Origin: Actinomycetales bacterium
GTDB taxonomy: Bacteria; Actinomycetota; Actinomycetes; S36-B12; UBA5976
Direction: 5' to 3'
DNA: 64,000 nt
NCBI GenBank assembly: GCA_018969715.1
Contig: JAGWXT010000001.1
Location: 74,877-138,876 of the forward strand
Shown here piece after piece: positions 44,348 to 54,377 of the stretch (position 1 is the stretch's first letter; each line of letters begins with the position of its first letter). Both the position numbers and the translations under genes were made by a program. Under the pieces are notes generated by a model. The model made no database searches. It was not told where the DNA came from and worked only from the letters and a program-made list of their open reading frames with translations.

Positions 44348-45306
44348 TCACCAAGCCGGCATCAGAGCCGGTGGCCTCCCTGGGCAGCCTGCTGGCACAG
44401 CGCGCGGAGGCGGATGCCCGCGGCGCCGAGGCTTTCGGCCGCACGGTTGTCGCCATGGTCACCCCGTTCACGGCCCAGGGTGAGCTGGACACCGTCGCCG
44501 CGGCCAGACTCGCGACCGCGCTGGTGGACGCCGGCTGCGATGGGCTGGTCCTCAACGGGACCACCGGTGAGTCAGCGACGACCACCGAGGAGGAGAAGGA
44601 GCGGCTCGTCCGGGCCGTCGTGGAGGCGGTGGGGGAGCGAGCCCGGATCATTGCGGGAGCTGGCAGCAACGACACCGCGCATTCGGTGCTGCTGGCAAAG
44701 CAGGCGCACCGGGCCGGTGCCCATGGCCTGCTCGTCGTGACGCCCTACTACAACCGACCGTCGCAGGCCGGTGTCCTCGCGCACATGACGGCGGTCGCCG
44801 ATGCCACCCCGCTGCCCGTGATGCTCTACGACATCCCCAAGCGAACGGGGGTGGCCCTCGAGCGGGAGACGATGATCAGGTTGGCTGCCCACCCTCGCAT
44901 CATCGCCAACAAGGATGCCCGCGATGATTCGACCTTCGCCTCCGACATGATCGCCACCACCCCGCTGGCCTGGTACAGCGGGGATGACATCAACAACCTG
45001 CCCCTGCTGGCTATCGGCGGCACGGGAGTGGTCAGCGTCGTTGGTCATCTCGTTGCTGACCGGCTGGCCGCACTCACCGCCCATGCTCGGGCCGGGCAGC
45101 TGCATGAGGCGACGGCGATCCACCTGGCCCTGACGGGTCTGACCATCGCGATCATGACCCGGATGCCGGGGGTGGTGGCGGTCAAGGCGGCACTGCGACA
45201 CCGTGGCCTGCTTGGGGGCGGCGTTCGCCTGCCCCTGGTGGACGCTGACCGCACGAGCACTCGCAAGCTGCTCGCCGAGTGCAGTGCGGCCGGCTTCACC
45301 CTGTGA
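44338..45306 (+). CDS. dapA: 4-hydroxy-tetrahydrodipicolinate synthase
   Basis: Motifs VAMVTPF, GTTGES, YNRPSQ, LYDIP and VAVKAA (Lys). Start is GTG 44338, or ATG 44344 (ATGA overlap with thyX). Confidence 0.92.
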   Translation: MPMITKPASEPVASLGSLLAQRAEADARGAEAFGRTVVAMVTPFTAQGELDTVAAARLATALVDAGCDGLVLNGTTGESATTTEEEKERLVRAVVEAVGERARIIAGAGSNDTAHSVLLAKQAHRAGAHGLLVVTPYYNRPSQAGVLAHMTAVADATPLPVMLYDIPKRTGVALERETMIRLAAHPRIIANKDARDDSTFASDMIATTPLAWYSGDDINNLPLLAIGGTGVVSVVGHLVADRLAALTAHARAGQLHEATAIHLALTGLTIAIMTRMPGVVAVKAALRHRGLLGGGVRLPLVDADRTSTRKLLAECSAAGFTL

Positions 45307-46991
45307 GCCGCGCGCATTCGGACCTCTCCCCGCCCTCGCCACTAGCCGCGGGCGGGCTGCGCATTTTCGCGCTCGGCGGGCTGGGTGAGATCGGCCGGAA
45401 CCTGACAGTGGTCGAGTACGGCGGCCGTCTGCTCGTCATCGATGCGGGCGTGCTGTTCCCGGGATCGGATCATCCCGGCGTTGACGTCATCCTGCCGGAC
45501 TTTGAGCCGATCCGGCCACGGTGGGCCGATGTCGACGCCATCCTGCTCACCCACGGTCATGAGGATCACATCGGGGCGATCCCCTCGCTGCTCGCCGAGC
45601 GCTCGGACATCCCGGTCTACGGCAGCCGATTCACCCTCGCCCTGGTTCGGGAGCGCCTGCGGGAGCATCGGATCGTTGCTGACCTGCGGGAGGTGAGCGC
45701 GGAGCGGATCAGGCTGGGACCGGACGGCCAGTGGGATGCCGAGTTCATCGCCGTGACACATTCGATCCCGGACGCCTGCGCCATCGCCCTGCGCACGCCG
45801 GCCGGTGTCGTTGTCCACACCGGGGACATCAGACTCGATCCGGTGCCGATCGACGGCCGGGTCACCGATATCCACGCCCTGGCCCGGCTCGGTGAGGAAG
45901 GGGTCGATCTGCTCCTGATCGACTCCACCAATGCCGATGTGCCCGGTTGGGTGCCCAGTGAGCGTGCGGTGGGACCGGTGCTCGACGGGCTGATCGGAGC
46001 CGCGGGCGGACGCGTCCTCGTCGCATCGTTCTCATCCCATGTCCACCGGGTGACTCAGGTGATCACCGCAGCAGTCGCACATGGGCGCCGAGTCGCGTTC
46101 GTGGGGCGTTCCATGCTGCGCACGATGCGGCTGGCGCGGGAGCTGGGCTACCTGCCGGTACCTGACCATGCACTGATCGGCATCGAGGAAGCGCTGGCGC
46201 TGCCCGCTCACGAGGTGGTCATCGTTACCACCGGCTCGCAGGGGGAGGCGATGTCTGCCCTCGCGAGGATGGCCAATGGCGACCATCAGGTGCGGTTGAA
46301 CCCGTCGGACACCGTCATCTTCGCGGCCAGTGTCGTCCCTGGCAATGAGGAGAGCGTCACGCGGGTGGTGAACGCCCTGGCCCGGATCGGGGTGCCGGTC
46401 ATCGGCCCTGACCAGGCCGGCGTGCATGTCAGTGGTCACGCCGCAGCCGGCGAGCTGCTCCTGCTCTACAGCATCCTGCGGCCCAGCAATGTCATGCCGA
46501 TCCACGGTGAGCTGCGCCACCTGCGGGCCAATGCGGCCTTGGCGGAGCTGTCAGGTGTGGCCGCTGAGCGGATCATCCGGGCGACGGACGGCGTCGTCGT
46601 CGACCTCGTCGACGGCAGGATCGCGGTTGCCGGGAGCCTCCCCTGCGGGTACGTCTACCTCGATAACTCCGGTGCCGGCGAGGTGAGCGAGGCCACGCTG
46701 AAGGATCGCCGGGTCCTCGGTGAGGAGGGGATCCTCACGGTCGTCGCCGTCGTCGATGTCGCAGCCCGACGGGTGATTGCTGGCCCGGAAATCCACGCTC
46801 GGGGCTTCGTCGGCGCGGCCGGCGAACTCGCGGAAGGGGAGTCCCTCGCCCGGCGCGCCCTCGAGCAGGCCCTGACCGGCGACATGGTTGACAGCGTCAC
46901 CCTCAGCCAGGCGGTTCGTCGCGCCGTGGGGCGATGGGTGGGGAGCCAGCGGCGACGGCCCATGATCGTGCCGGTGATTGTGGAGTCCTAG
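45303..46991 (+). CDS. rnj: Ribonuclease J
   Basis: Motifs GGLGEIGRN and metallo-beta-lactamase LTHGHEDHIGAIP. GTG 45303 forms a GTGA overlap with the dapA stop. Confidence 0.92.
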   Translation: MSRAHSDLSPPSPLAAGGLRIFALGGLGEIGRNLTVVEYGGRLLVIDAGVLFPGSDHPGVDVILPDFEPIRPRWADVDAILLTHGHEDHIGAIPSLLAERSDIPVYGSRFTLALVRERLREHRIVADLREVSAERIRLGPDGQWDAEFIAVTHSIPDACAIALRTPAGVVVHTGDIRLDPVPIDGRVTDIHALARLGEEGVDLLLIDSTNADVPGWVPSERAVGPVLDGLIGAAGGRVLVASFSSHVHRVTQVITAAVAHGRRVAFVGRSMLRTMRLARELGYLPVPDHALIGIEEALALPAHEVVIVTTGSQGEAMSALARMANGDHQVRLNPSDTVIFAASVVPGNEESVTRVVNALARIGVPVIGPDQAGVHVSGHAAAGELLLLYSILRPSNVMPIHGELRHLRANAALAELSGVAAERIIRATDGVVVDLVDGRIAVAGSLPCGYVYLDNSGAGEVSEATLKDRRVLGEEGILTVVAVVDVAARRVIAGPEIHARGFVGAAGELAEGESLARRALEQALTGDMVDSVTLSQAVRRAVGRWVGSQRRRPMIVPVIVES

Positions 46992-47058
46992 TGGTGCAAC
47001 GACCGGCCGACCGGCCTCCCGACCGGGAGGGCGACCGGGAGAGCGAGAGGATGACCCC

Positions 47059-47310
47059 GTGACCGATCCGCAGACGATGCGCGCTGCCATTGAGGCGCTC
47101 AAGGATGGCCCGCTGAAGGTGAGCGGGGACGTGACACTGTCGTGGACCAAGAATCTTGTTGTCGACGGCGCGGCCGCCGTCGAGGAGGTGACCGAGACAG
47201 TGGCGGACCGCGCGGTCTTCCTCTGCCGATGCGGGGCATCCCAGCGCAAGCCCTTCTGCGACGGCAGTCACCGCACGGTCGGGTTCACCGATCCGCACGA
47301 CCCCACGTAG
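47059..47310 (+). CDS. CDGSH-type iron-sulfur domain protein
   Basis: Motif CRCGASQRKPFCDGSH (CDGSH 2Fe-2S). GTG 47059 is preceded by GAGAGG; ATG 47077 is an alternative. Confidence 0.8.
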   Translation: MTDPQTMRAAIEALKDGPLKVSGDVTLSWTKNLVVDGAAAVEEVTETVADRAVFLCRCGASQRKPFCDGSHRTVGFTDPHDPT

Positions 47311-47387
47311 GGAAGTCCCATGCGACACACCCGTCCATGTGGTTGACAATGACAATGTGATCGGCTGAACGTCGTTAGCGTGGAGCG

Positions 47388-50300
47388 GTGGCCCAGCGTG
47401 CCCCCGCCCGCCCGGCCAACCGCCGCCCGGCCCAGCGAGGACGAAGCAGTCAGCGGCGGCCCCCAGCGAGGCGACCCGGCGCGAATCGGGCGCCGACGCC
47501 GAGGGCGGCATCCCGCACCCGTGGTGGGCGGGGCACGGGTCGCCGGCGAACCCGGTCCGGAGTCGCGCCAACCCTTGCTGTTGGCCTCACCGCTGTCTGG
47601 CTGGGTTGTGGCCGAATCGCCGGGGCGCTCGCCCGCTCCATCCGGCTGGGAGCCGGAGGCGTTGACCCGGTTGCCCGTCGCGATGGACTTGGGCTCGCCC
47701 TGCTCGTGCTCGCCTGCGCGGCTGCGGCCGCGGTCTGGTTCGAGCAGCCGGCAACGGTGCTGCGATGGCTGGACTCGCTGCTGCGCACGGTCCTCGGCGG
47801 GCCGGCGCTACTCGTCCCGGCGGTCCTGGGCTACGCCGCGTGGCGCACCTTTCGAACCCCGGCCCAGCCCGGGCAGGTGGGTCGGATCGTCATCGGCGCG
47901 GTGGCCCTACTGCTGGCCGTGTGCGGGCTGGCCGAGTCAGCGAGGGCGGACACGATCACCGGGGAGCCCGGCTCGGTGCTTCGCTCCGGCGGTGGCGCGC
48001 TGGGCTGGCTTGCCAGTGCGCCGGTCGCCGGCTGGGTGGGAGTGCCGGTCGCCGTCATCACCCTCGTCGCCCTGGGGGTCTTCGGTCTGCTGGTCCTCAC
48101 CCGCACACCGGTGGCGAGCCTGCCCGAGCGCGCCCAGCAGATGTGGCTGCTGCTGTTCGGCGCACACGACCGTCCGCCCCGGGCCGCCCATGCGCCCCCG
48201 GATGCGAGCGTGAGCGGGTCCCGGTCCGGCGGGTCAACCCGACGCGGCCGGGTGCGGCCGGGATGGTGGCGCCTGACCGGGAGCGCAGGGTCGCGACGCG
48301 CAGGTCAGCGGGCGGTCGCAGTCGAAATGCGCTATCGGGACGATCTGCCGTTCGACGCCGATCCGGTGGCGCTGGCCCGGGCGGCATTGTTCGGTCCGCT
48401 GGTCACCATGCCCAGCGACCGGACGGGGCCGGTGCCCGTTGGGGGAGGTCATCCCGGCGAGCCGCGAGAGCGGCCGGAGCCGGCCGCGGATCCGGGGTCA
48501 CCGGGGTCCACCACCTGGCAGTTCGCGCCCGTCCGGCAGCCGCCGGCGCTGCGGGAGTCGGAAGTTCCGCAGTCGGGCGTGCTGGAGTCGGGGATGCCGT
48601 CCGATCCAGACACCCTCGCCCTGCCGTCGGCACGCGCAGCTGTGCCCACCGCACCGGTGCCGCTGGTCAGGCTCGGTGCCGACCCCTTTGGTGTACACAG
48701 CCGGGGGGTCAACGATCCGACCCGGGAGTTCCCGGCCGGCCCCGAACGAGGGTTAGCCCGACCGGATGCCGCCGCCGGCGTCGTGCCGCCCCCCGCCTCG
48801 ACGCACCCCCTACCCACCCCGGGGAACCGACACCCGGATCCGCACCCGGACGCGAAGCCCGCTCGGCACTCGGCTCCGCCGCCAGCGACGGTTGGCGATC
48901 GCACCGTGCCGGATCGCCGTGCCGGACGTGGTCGTCGCGGAAGCGGCTACCGCCTGCCCAGTGCCGACCTGCTCCGCGCCGGCTCCGCGCACCGGCGGCA
49001 CACGGCCGCAAATGACGTCGTGGTCGCGGCCCTGACGGGAGTGTTTCACCAGTTCGGGGTGAACGCCACGGTCAGCGGTTTCGTCCGCGGCCCGACCGTG
49101 ACCCGCTACGAGGTGGAACTCGGGGCTGGGGTGAAGGTCGAGCGGGTGACCGCACTGACGAAGAACATCTCCTATGCCGTGGCCAGTGCCGATGTGCGAA
49201 TCCTGTCGCCGATCCCGGGAAAGTCCGCGATCGGGGTGGAGATCCCCAATGAGGATCGGGAGGTGGTCGCCCTCGGTGACGTGCTGCGCAGCGACGTTGC
49301 CCGCGGCGACGGCCATCCGATGCTCATCGCCCTGGGCAAGGATGTCGAGGGCGGCATGATCTGCGCCAACATCGCGAAGATGCCGCACATCCTGGTGGCT
49401 GGTGCGACGGGGGCGGGCAAGAGCAGCTGCATCAACTCGCTCGTCACCTCGGTGCTGATGCGGGCCACTCCCGACGAGGTCGCGCTGATCCTGATCGACC
49501 CCAAGCGGGTTGAGCTCAGCGGCTACGCCGACGTCCCCCATCTGCTGACGCCCATCGTCACCCACCCCAAGAAGGCCGCGGAGGTGCTTGCGTGGGTGGT
49601 GAAGGAGATGGATGCTCGCTACGACACCCTGCACGCACACGGCTTCCGGCATATCGACGACTACAACGCAGCCTGTCGGCGCGGTGCGGTCACAGTCGCT
49701 CCGGATGCCCCACCCCCACGGACGTATCCGTACCTCCTCGTTGTCGTCGATGAGCTGGCCGACCTGATGATGGTGGCGCCGCGCGATGTCGAGGATGCGA
49801 TCGTGCGCATCACCCAGTTGGCGCGGGCGGCGGGAATCCACCTGGTGCTCGCCACCCAGCGGCCAAGCGTGGATGTGGTCACCGGCCTGATCAAGGCGAA
49901 TGTGCCGGCCCGGCTCGCATTTGCGACCTCATCGCTGGCCGACAGCCGCGTGATCCTCGACCAGCCCGGGGCGGAGCGCCTGATCGGGCAGGGCGATGCC
50001 CTCTTCCTGCCGATGGGTGCGAGCAAGGCGATCCGGCTGCAGGGCGCCTTCGTGACCGAGAGCGAGATCCGGGCGGTCGTCGACCACTGCCGGGCACAGG
50101 GGCGTCCCGACTACCGGACCGATGTCGGGGTGAGCGCGCCGGCGGCAACGATCGAGGGGGATATCGGAGATGATCGCGCGCTGCTCCTGGCGGCGGCTGA
50201 ATTGATCGTCACCTCGCAGTTCGGCTCCACGTCGATGCTGCAGCGCAAGCTGCGGGTGGGGTTCGCGAAGGCGGGCCGGCTGATGGACCTGCTGGAATCG

Positions 50301-50396
50301 CAGGGGGTGGTTGGTCCAAGTGAGGGCGCGAAGGCACGGGAGGTGCTCATCACTGCCGCCGAGCTGCCGGATCTGCGCGAGCGGCTGGGTGGGTGA
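47388..50396 (+). CDS. ftsK: DNA translocase FtsK
   Basis: N-terminal TM segments and a long Pro/Ala linker. Walker [24 protein letters not shown], and the gamma domain [24 protein letters not shown]. Confidence 0.95.
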   Translation: MAQRAPARPANRRPAQRGRSSQRRPPARRPGANRAPTPRAASRTRGGRGTGRRRTRSGVAPTLAVGLTAVWLGCGRIAGALARSIRLGAGGVDPVARRDGLGLALLVLACAAAAAVWFEQPATVLRWLDSLLRTVLGGPALLVPAVLGYAAWRTFRTPAQPGQVGRIVIGAVALLLAVCGLAESARADTITGEPGSVLRSGGGALGWLASAPVAGWVGVPVAVITLVALGVFGLLVLTRTPVASLPERAQQMWLLLFGAHDRPPRAAHAPPDASVSGSRSGGSTRRGRVRPGWWRLTGSAGSRRAGQRAVAVEMRYRDDLPFDADPVALARAALFGPLVTMPSDRTGPVPVGGGHPGEPRERPEPAADPGSPGSTTWQFAPVRQPPALRESEVPQSGVLESGMPSDPDTLALPSARAAVPTAPVPLVRLGADPFGVHSRGVNDPTREFPAGPERGLARPDAAAGVVPPPASTHPLPTPGNRHPDPHPDAKPARHSAPPPATVGDRTVPDRRAGRGRRGSGYRLPSADLLRAGSAHRRHTAANDVVVAALTGVFHQFGVNATVSGFVRGPTVTRYEVELGAGVKVERVTALTKNISYAVASADVRILSPIPGKSAIGVEIPNEDREVVALGDVLRSDVARGDGHPMLIALGKDVEGGMICANIAKMPHILVAGATGAGKSSCINSLVTSVLMRATPDEVALILIDPKRVELSGYADVPHLLTPIVTHPKKAAEVLAWVVKEMDARYDTLHAHGFRHIDDYNAACRRGAVTVAPDAPPPRTYPYLLVVVDELADLMMVAPRDVEDAIVRITQLARAAGIHLVLATQRPSVDVVTGLIKANVPARLAFATSSLADSRVILDQPGAERLIGQGDALFLPMGASKAIRLQGAFVTESEIRAVVDHCRAQGRPDYRTDVGVSAPAATIEGDIGDDRALLLAAAELIVTSQFGSTSMLQRKLRVGFAKAGRLMDLLESQGVVGPSEGAKAREVLITAAELPDLRERLGG

Positions 50397-50413
50397 CGCG
50401 CACTACCTGGGGT

Positions 50414-50461
50414 ACGTGCGCCCATCCCGGGCGTCGATCGACGTGCGCCCATCACGGGCGT
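50414..50461. repeat. 27-bp-period direct duplication just downstream of the ftsK stop
   Basis: acgtgcgcccatcccgggcgt (50414-50434) and acgtgcgcccatcacgggcgt (50441-50461), 20/21 identical. Confidence 0.9.
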
Positions 50462-50463
50462 GC

Positions 50464-50491
50464 CCCCCGTCCGCTCCCGGGCGGACGGGGG
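50464..50491 (+). terminator. Perfect 11-bp GC stem-loop (candidate ftsK terminator)
   Basis: cccccgtccgc-tcccgg-gcggacggggg. There is no U-tract. Confidence 0.4.
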
Positions 50492-50709
50492 TGGGCTACG
50501 CTGTGGCCAGTACACCGTGTGATCGCACGCCATCCGATCGCACACCACACAGCACAAGCCCGCACACCACGAGCCCCCACACCAAGGAAGATTCGAGTCC
50601 CCGACGGCTCCCGCCCGACCAGCGGCGCGGTCGCGGAAGACACCCGCGACAACAGCCAGCCCAACCAGCCCCGATCCCAACCAGCCCCGCCCCGGCGATT
50701 GGTCCTGAT

Positions 50710-51630
50710 ATGACCTTCGGTTCCCGCCTCCAGCAGGCGCGTGAGGCACGCGGCCTGTCGATGGCCGATGTCGCGGCTGCAACCCGGCTGCGACAGACGG
50801 TGCTGGCACGTATCGAGGCAGAGGACATCGCCGCCCTCGGTGCAGAGGTGTACGCGGTGGGGTATATCCGGGCCTATGCCAATGTCGTCGGCTGCGAGCC
50901 GGCACCACTGATTGCCGACTACCGCGCTGTGCGCGACGGCGCGGCGGCCCAGCCGGCGCCCGCGCCGGTGCGCACCCTGGTGACCGCTGACACCGTTCCC
51001 ACTCCCGTTCGCCGGGCACCCGCGAAGGTCGCGGTTCAGTATCGCCCCGAGACGGTGATCAAAGCGAGGGCCTCCGCCTTCGATCCGGCCGAGCTGATTC
51101 CGATTGAGCGGGAGCGCCCAGCGCGACGCGTGAACTGGTCGGTGGTCATGTTGGCAATCCTCATCATCGTCGGTGGGGTGGGGGTGGGCAGTTTCGTCTA
51201 CCGCCTCGGTGAAGTGGCGGTGGTTGAGCAGGTTGCCCAGCCGGCGCTGCCCACTGAGGAGGATCTCCAGTCAGAGGTGGACGCAGTGGCGGAGGCCCCC
51301 GTCGGCAGTGACGTCCCCGCCGAGGTCCTCGATCCGGAGTCCGCCCTTACCGATGAGACCGCCGCCCTGCCCGCGCCCGTCACGGTTGTCGTCACTGCAC
51401 AGGGAGGTCGGTCCTGGCTCAGTGCCACCGATGCCACCGGCGCCGCCCTGTTCGAGGGGACGCTGGAGGACGGGCAGAGTGAGACGCTCCTCAGTGATGA
51501 GCGGGTACGGATCGTGATCGGCAACGGCGGTGCAGTGGCGTTGAGCGTGAACGGTGTGTCGCTGGGCACCCCCGGGGAAGCCGGCGAGGTGGTCCGGGCT
51601 GAGTTCGGGCCCGGCGAACCGCTCAGCTGA
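50710..51630 (+). CDS. RodZ-like helix-turn-helix protein with a DUF4115-type C-terminal domain
   Basis: HTH region LQQAREARGLSMADVAAATRLRQTVLARIE, one TM (WSVVMLAILIIVGGVGVG), and a C-terminal beta domain (VVVTAQGGRSWLSATD...VALSVNG). Start set at ATG 50710. Confidence 0.8.
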   Translation: MTFGSRLQQAREARGLSMADVAAATRLRQTVLARIEAEDIAALGAEVYAVGYIRAYANVVGCEPAPLIADYRAVRDGAAAQPAPAPVRTLVTADTVPTPVRRAPAKVAVQYRPETVIKARASAFDPAELIPIERERPARRVNWSVVMLAILIIVGGVGVGSFVYRLGEVAVVEQVAQPALPTEEDLQSEVDAVAEAPVGSDVPAEVLDPESALTDETAALPAPVTVVVTAQGGRSWLSATDATGAALFEGTLEDGQSETLLSDERVRIVIGNGGAVALSVNGVSLGTPGEAGEVVRAEFGPGEPLS

Positions 51631-51648
51631 TCCCGGTCTCCCGCACTT

Positions 51649-53106
51649 GTGACGATCCGGGTCGCCCTGCTCACCCTTGGGTGCGCGCGCAATGAGGTGG
51701 ACTCCGATGGCCTTGCCGGGCGACTGGTGGCAGCCGGTTACGAGATCGCTGCCGAACCGGGGCGGGCCGACGTCGTGGTGGTCAATACCTGCGGCTTCAT
51801 CGAGGCGGCCCGGGCCGAGAGTGTGGAGACCCTGCTCGCGGCGCGCGAGAGCAACGCCGGACCGGTGATCGCCGTGGGCTGCATGGCCCAGCGACACGGC
51901 GTGGAACTCGCCGCAGCGATGCCGGAACTGGATGCCGTCCTCGGGTTCGACGACTACCCCGAGATCGCAGACCGAATCGCCGCCGTGGTGCAGGGTCATC
52001 GACCGGCGGTGCCCGCACCAGGTGACCGTCGCCGACTGCTGCCGCTGTCTCCCGTGGCTCGCCAGCAGGTTGCCCGCCCGGCGGAGCCGCCGCGGCACCG
52101 TCTGGACACCGGGCCCGTGGCCTCAGTTGCCCTCGCCTCGGGTTGCGACCGGCACTGCACCTTCTGCGCCATCCCGAGCTTCCGAGGGTCCTTCATCTCC
52201 CGCCCAGCTGCCGCGGTCATGGCGGAGGTCCAGTCACTTGTGGCAACGGGCGTCCGGGAGGTGATCCTCGTCAGCGAGAACACGACCTCGTACGGCAAGG
52301 ACCTCGGCAACCCGCGGCTGCTGGAGGGGCTGCTGGCTGAACTCGCCGGCATCGACGGGCTGCTGCGGATCCGGTTGGCCTATCTGCAGCCGGCGGAGAT
52401 CCGGGCAGAGCTGATCGAGGCGATGATCTCGACTCCGCGCGTGGCCAACTACTTCGACCTCTCCTTTCAACACGCCAGTCCAGGCGTCCTCCGCCGGATG
52501 CGGCGCTTCGGGGGTGCGGAGGCGTTCCTCGAGATCATCGACAGCATTCGCGATCTCGCACCGGCAGCCGGGATCCGCAGCAACGTCATCGTCGGCTTCC
52601 CCGGTGAGGCGGTGGATGATCTCGATGTCCTGCTGTCCTTCCTCGTCGAGGCCCGCCTGGATGCGATCGGGGTGTTCGGCTACTCCGCAGAGGAGGGGAC
52701 CGAGGCGGCGGGATTCGCGGATGCCCTGCCCGAGGTGGAGATCGCCAGCCGGGTCCGGACGGTCAGCGAGGTGGCGGAGATCGTCATGGCTCAGCGCGCG
52801 CAGGCCCGGGTGGGCGAGCCGGGAGCGGTGCTACTGGACTCCGTCGGACGCCGGCGGGGGGTCGACACGAACCATGTATCGGCCGATCAGGGTGCCCACA
52901 GCGGGGAGGGTGCGCGGCGCCTGCTCACCGCCATCGGGCGGGCCGAGCATCAGGGTCCGGAAGACTCGCACACGACGATCACCCAGCCGGTAGGCCCGTC
53001 ATGGGCGCCCGGGGACCTGATCGACGTCCGGATCGTCTCGTCGGTGGGAGTGGACCTCGTCGGTGCTGCAATGCCCGCTGACGGGTCGGGTCGTGGCAGC
53101 GGATAG
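51649..53106 (+). CDS. rimO: Ribosomal protein S12 methylthiotransferase
   Basis: N-terminal LGCARNEVDSD and radical-SAM GCDRHCTFCAIP. MiaB-family architecture. Confidence 0.88.
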   Translation: MTIRVALLTLGCARNEVDSDGLAGRLVAAGYEIAAEPGRADVVVVNTCGFIEAARAESVETLLAARESNAGPVIAVGCMAQRHGVELAAAMPELDAVLGFDDYPEIADRIAAVVQGHRPAVPAPGDRRRLLPLSPVARQQVARPAEPPRHRLDTGPVASVALASGCDRHCTFCAIPSFRGSFISRPAAAVMAEVQSLVATGVREVILVSENTTSYGKDLGNPRLLEGLLAELAGIDGLLRIRLAYLQPAEIRAELIEAMISTPRVANYFDLSFQHASPGVLRRMRRFGGAEAFLEIIDSIRDLAPAAGIRSNVIVGFPGEAVDDLDVLLSFLVEARLDAIGVFGYSAEEGTEAAGFADALPEVEIASRVRTVSEVAEIVMAQRAQARVGEPGAVLLDSVGRRRGVDTNHVSADQGAHSGEGARRLLTAIGRAEHQGPEDSHTTITQPVGPSWAPGDLIDVRIVSSVGVDLVGAAMPADGSGRGSG

Positions 53107-53122
53107 CACCCGGTGGCAGCGA

Positions 53123-53659
53123 ATGCTGCCCACGGCATTGACCATGCTGCGATTGGCACTGGTCCCGGTGCTGATGGCGTTGTTCCTCGTGCCCGGATTC
53201 CCCAGTGGGCCTCGGCTATGGGCGACTGGCGTCGTGCTGATCGCGTCGGTGACGGACCTGCTGGATGGTGCGCTCGCCCGTCGCTGGCGGGTGACCTCCC
53301 GGCTGGGCGAGGTGCTTGATCCGATTGCTGACAAGGCGATCGTCGCGGTCGCCCTGATCGGGATGTCGGCATGGCACCTGCTGCCATGGTGGGTAACCGC
53401 GCTCATCCTCGGCCGTGAGCTCGGGGTGACGCTGCTGCGATGGCTGGCACCCGACCCCCGGTCACTGCTGTCCGGACGCTGGGCAAAGGTGAAGACCGTC
53501 CTGCAGATGGTCGCCATCTGCGCGCTGCTCCTGCCGCTGGGCGGCGCCTGGCCGGTACTCGCTGGCCTGACGATGGCAGCAGCGGTGGTGCTCACCCTGA
53601 TCACGGGTGGGGACTATGCCGTGCGGGCGGTGCAACAGATCAGCGCTCGGCGACGCTGA
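53123..53659 (+). CDS. pgsA: CDP-diacylglycerol--glycerol-3-phosphate 3-phosphatidyltransferase
   Basis: CDP-alcohol phosphatidyltransferase motif DLLDGALARRWRVTSRLGEVLDPIADK. Start set at ATG 53123. Confidence 0.9.
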   Translation: MLPTALTMLRLALVPVLMALFLVPGFPSGPRLWATGVVLIASVTDLLDGALARRWRVTSRLGEVLDPIADKAIVAVALIGMSAWHLLPWWVTALILGRELGVTLLRWLAPDPRSLLSGRWAKVKTVLQMVAICALLLPLGGAWPVLAGLTMAAAVVLTLITGGDYAVRAVQQISARRR

Positions 53660-54195
53660 TGCCGTTGGGGGCGCCGATGACGCCAGCCGCAGATGGTGCG
53701 GAGGACTCGCTGCGGACCCAGCGCATCCACGCCCTGCTCGCTGAACGTTGCTGGCTGGTGTCGACTGCGGAATCCCTCACGGGTGGGGCGCTCAGTGCCG
53801 CGCTCACCGAGGTGACGGGTGCCTCAGCGGTGGTCGCCGGGGGCGTGACGTGCTACTCGGTGGCGGCGAAATCGAGGGTGCTCGCCGTGCCTGACGACCT
53901 GCTCGCTGCCCGTGGTGCCGTCGACCCGGCGGTGGCGGCCGCCATGGCGCGGGGGGCGGCGGCGCTGTTCGACACTCCGTGCGCCGTGGCGACCACCGGT
54001 GTCGCGGGCCCAGGTCCGCTGTTGGGTTCGCCGATGACGGTGCCCGCTGGCACGGTCATCATTGCGGTGGTGGCACCGCATGCCCAGCGGGTGCGAGGCT
54101 TCACCCTCGATGGGGATCGGCCGGCGGTGCGGGCCGCTGCGGTAACCGCTGCGCTCCGGTTGCTCCTCGCAGTGCTTGAGCACCCCGGGCGTTGA
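53659..54195 (+). CDS. CinA C-terminal domain / nicotinamide-nucleotide amidohydrolase (PncC-like)
   Basis: Motif STAESLTGGALSAAL...GGVTCYS...ATTGVAGPG. The ATG overlaps the pgsA TGA by 1 nt. Confidence 0.88.
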   Translation: MPLGAPMTPAADGAEDSLRTQRIHALLAERCWLVSTAESLTGGALSAALTEVTGASAVVAGGVTCYSVAAKSRVLAVPDDLLAARGAVDPAVAAAMARGAAALFDTPCAVATTGVAGPGPLLGSPMTVPAGTVIIAVVAPHAQRVRGFTLDGDRPAVRAAAVTAALRLLLAVLEHPGR

Positions 54196-54311
54196 GCGGC
54201 AACGGGGGAATCTCCCTGCCCGCGGGGGCGTTGCCACGCTGTGCCGTGGGTGAGGTCGGGCCCCCGGCGGACGGGGCCAGCCCGGAACCCGTGACCCAGC
54301 GACTGCGGGGC

Positions 54312-54365
54312 CGATGGGGACGATGGGGACGATGGGGACGATGGGGCCGATAGGGCCGAGGGAGA
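54312..54365. repeat. 9-bp tandem repeat x5-6 abutting the RBS of the clgR-like gene
   Basis: cgatgggga x3, cgatggggc, cgatagggc, cgagggaga. The last units merge into the SD GGAGAAGAGG. Confidence 0.95.
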
Positions 54366-54377
54366 AGAGGTGCGCTC

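Noticed and set aside
50592-50612. TTCGAGTCCCCGACGGCTCCC as a tRNA gene.
   Set aside because: Only a T-loop/acceptor-like 3' segment is present. The upstream sequence cannot form the T-stem, anticodon arm or acceptor 5' strand. It is mentioned only as a possible remnant.
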